Shown here piece by piece: positions 61,598 through 64,000 of a DNA stretch of 64,000 nucleotides (positions within the stretch are counted from its first letter, which is position 1; each line of letters begins with the position of its first letter). The notes under the pieces were generated by a model that did no database searches, was not told the origin of the DNA, and saw only the letters and a list, made by a program, of their open reading frames with translations. Where the stretch lies: NCBI GenBank assembly GCA_002104905.1, contig MCFE01000045.1, forward strand, positions 62,001 to 126,000. Reading direction: 5' to 3'. A program made the position numbers and the translations under genes. The stretch comes from Basidiobolus meristosporus CBS 931.73 (lineage: Eukaryota > Fungi > Basidiobolomycota).

Positions 61598-62807
61598 CTG
61601 AGTGGGAGTGTTGTAAAAATTCAAATTTCCACCTAAATATTCACCTAACTTAGTCACTTAGATCATCACCTTCAAATCCTAGAGAATACTGACCAAAATC
61701 CTTGTTGGGATTTACTTAGAATATTTACCCAGAACATGAAAGTTAAATAAGTTGTCCAAGCAGCCCCAAACTTTGCACACATGTTCTTGGGACCTTCCTT
61801 AACCTATTCATCATGCTTGTAATGCCAAGACCAGGTAAAAGTATAAATACTACTTTTACATTCAATAAATCATTAAGTGAAAACCACATTATCTACTTGT
61901 TCTCCAAATCACTTCCAATATCTCCAAGACTCTTACAGCAGGGCATAGGTGTCTCCATATGCACATTTGTCCTTGGTATTTTCCAACTCTTCCTGGCTGT
62001 CCTCCATGTGCCAGCTCATCACATCCATGATGGACTTGAAGGTAATATTCATGATGAGATTGGGATATGGTAGTTCCTGCAACTTGACTTGTCTTCCAAT
62101 CTCTCCGCACAGCCACTCCACAAGAAACTCCCAAAAGGTAAAGCAAGGCCCAATATTCTCCACACACCATGCAAGATGGAGTAGAGAATGGATACAGTAG
62201 TGGCAGAGATCTACGCATTCAGCTTTATGTTTGTAGTATAGCTGCTCAAATCCTATCATAAACTTCTTGCACAACAGCTGTAGACTTGTCAAGTTGGCAT
62301 TGGTGTTCTTCTTCTGGATAAATATTCCTACAATGTCCACATATGACTCCCAATGCTTCCAATGTACTCTTGGTAGGAATGGGTTTAGAACACCACTTGA
62401 ATAAACACATATCCAGCTCATCCAGTCTTTGCATTTGTATTGTTGCATATGCATATGAATATTGATTGGAGCCCAAGAGAAGTACTTAGGGTAGTGGATA
62501 ATCAGCAATATCTTGCCAATTCTTTCAAATTTCTCTGGTATCTCAAAGGGCTCTTTTAGCTTGAAATGCCCCATGTGCAACTTGGTCATCAGTATAAGGA
62601 TATTGCTGAAAAGCAAATGCATTGCTCCCAGTGAAAAGCTTTGGCTCCAACAGATACCCTGTATCTTAAGTATCTATGGTTTCCAATTGATTCCATATTC
62701 TGTCCAATGGCTTATAGCTTGCTATCTTTGCTGCAATTGCACGCTTATTTCTGCACATTCTCTCTGTGGAAAGACAATGTCCTTAGTGCTGGTGTTTGGG
62801 TGATAAT

Positions 62808-63155
62808 TTTTGTAAGAGTCTTGGAGGTATTGGAAGTGATTGGGAAAACAAGTAGATTATGTGGTTGTTGCTCAATGATTTACTAAATATGAAAGTAGTA
62901 TTTACACTTTTACATGGTCTTGGTATAGCAAACACGTAACATATGTTAAGGAAGATCCCATGAACATATGTGCAAAGTTTGGGGCTGTTTGGACAACTTT
63001 GAGAATTTTCATGTTCTAAGTACCTGGTATTGTGGTGAAAATATTCTAAGTAAATCCTGATAAGGAATTTGGTCAGCATTCCCTAGGACTTGAAGGTAAT
63101 GATCTAAGTGACTAAGTTAGGTGAATTTTTAGGTGGAATTACCAATTTTACAACA
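62808..63155 (-). mobile_element. Solo LTR, family B (older)
   Basis: Reverse-complement homology to B LTRs. TSD ATAAT/ATAAC in the CACTA transposase. Confidence 0.85.
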
Positions 63156-64000
63156 ATAACAATGTGTGTGAGTTATGGAGTAAATCCCTGGGATCTCACA
63201 CATTTGACAGCAACACCATCCATTGTGCCTGGAAAATCCTGCTACCTTGCTGATGGCTGGGGTATCTCCAATGCTGATAATAATATGTGCTTTTACATGA
63301 TGGCCATTTACTGTTATCCCACTGGAAAGCAAACAAAGCCCATCCAGCAATGGATAAAGGTAGCTATCCAGGTTGGACAGTGATTTAGTCCCAGATACCA
63401 GTGAGACTACTATCAGATTATTGCTCTGATATTGCAAGATAGGCAGCAGACTCAGATTTATGAGAATCAGTGGCCAGCAGGATTTGCTGGTAGAGTACTT
63501 GCTTGATGGGAATCCATCAAGTGCTTTGGCAAAGTCATGGTCATACATACCTTTAAAGCAGCCCTAGCTTCTTAGCTGTTTACAATGTTTGCCATCAAAA
63601 ATATTGGATATTTTTGCACTTGATTGATACTGAGTGCGGTACTGTATGGCTTTGCAATATTTGTCAGACTACATCAGCTTCCTCAGATGGGGTATTACCA
63701 GAATACATCCAGAGTGTGAACAATGTTTTCCCTCAATGGTGGTGGATTCCTGACAATTTGGACACATTGCAATGGTAGCATTTTTGGATGTGAATGTCAT
63801 GCAACTGTTGACACATGCTGGAATCAGGACAGTCTCTGGATCATATGTTGCCAGCTGCATGACAGTAGGCCACTTGTACCATGTACATGGTAAGTTGCAT
63901 CCTGGAATGATTTTGGCAAGAAATAGTGATAAACTCTCAAAGCCCCTATTACTGATGTTAGCAGAAACACACAACTTCTCTAGCCAAAACATTACATCAT

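Larger units (their letters stand above)
57274..61940 (+). mobile_element. Ty1/copia family B, copy B3
   Basis: 5' LTR 57274-57622 and 3' LTR 61609-61940 (chimeric, with a deletion of about 15 nt). PBS GGTTATGAGCCC. Two long open frames. The immediate flanks do not form a TSD. Confidence 0.93.
53772..64000 (-). mobile_element. CACTA-like copy (runs off the window) hosting the composite insertion 54930-61940 and a solo LTR
   Basis: Terminus (T)CCTATGAAAAATAAT at 53772. Transposase homology on - at 54300-54929, 61941-62807 and 63156-64000. Confidence 0.75.

Noticed and set aside
55476-61700. Simple assembly duplication of 21300-27532
   Set aside because: The copies differ by many substitutions and by stop and frameshift states, and the outer flanks form a TSD-like pair. 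Not fully excluded without reads.

Overview
Eukaryotic, most likely fungal, repeat-desert window. I found no host gene, tRNA, rRNA or CRISPR array. Essentially all assignable sequence is nested transposable-element DNA with strong CpG depletion. Contents: (1) Ty1/copia family A: one full-length copy with an open 1305-aa ORF (35467-40154, TSD GTACT), one old degenerate copy (5941-11819, TSD ATATG) and a solo LTR. (2) Ty1/copia family B: three near-full copies (21052-25734 minus, 43595-48277, 57274-61940), a degenerate copy and extra LTRs. All three full copies carry the same -1 frame break between integrase and RT, at an A-AAT-TTT heptamer. (3) An internally deleted Ty3/gypsy element (family E, 19839-28462, 4-bp TSD) plus solo LTRs, and solo LTRs of two more families (C and D). 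(4) Many decayed copies of a CACTA/EnSpm-like DNA transposon with CCCTATGA termini and two divergent genes (a Tnp2-type transposase and an unknown MPPKNKAK protein). (5) An unclassified TIR family (AGACTTG termini, 3-bp ANT target duplication), including a 733-bp near-perfect palindrome and a 211-bp MITE. The most notable observations are the conserved IN/RT frameshift, a 7-kb three-LTR composite apparently built by template switching among local copies, the arm-homogenised foldback element, CCG-targeted solo LTRs, and CpG loss that spares ACGT. All coordinates, counts and alignments were done by eye; family labels A-E are my own.
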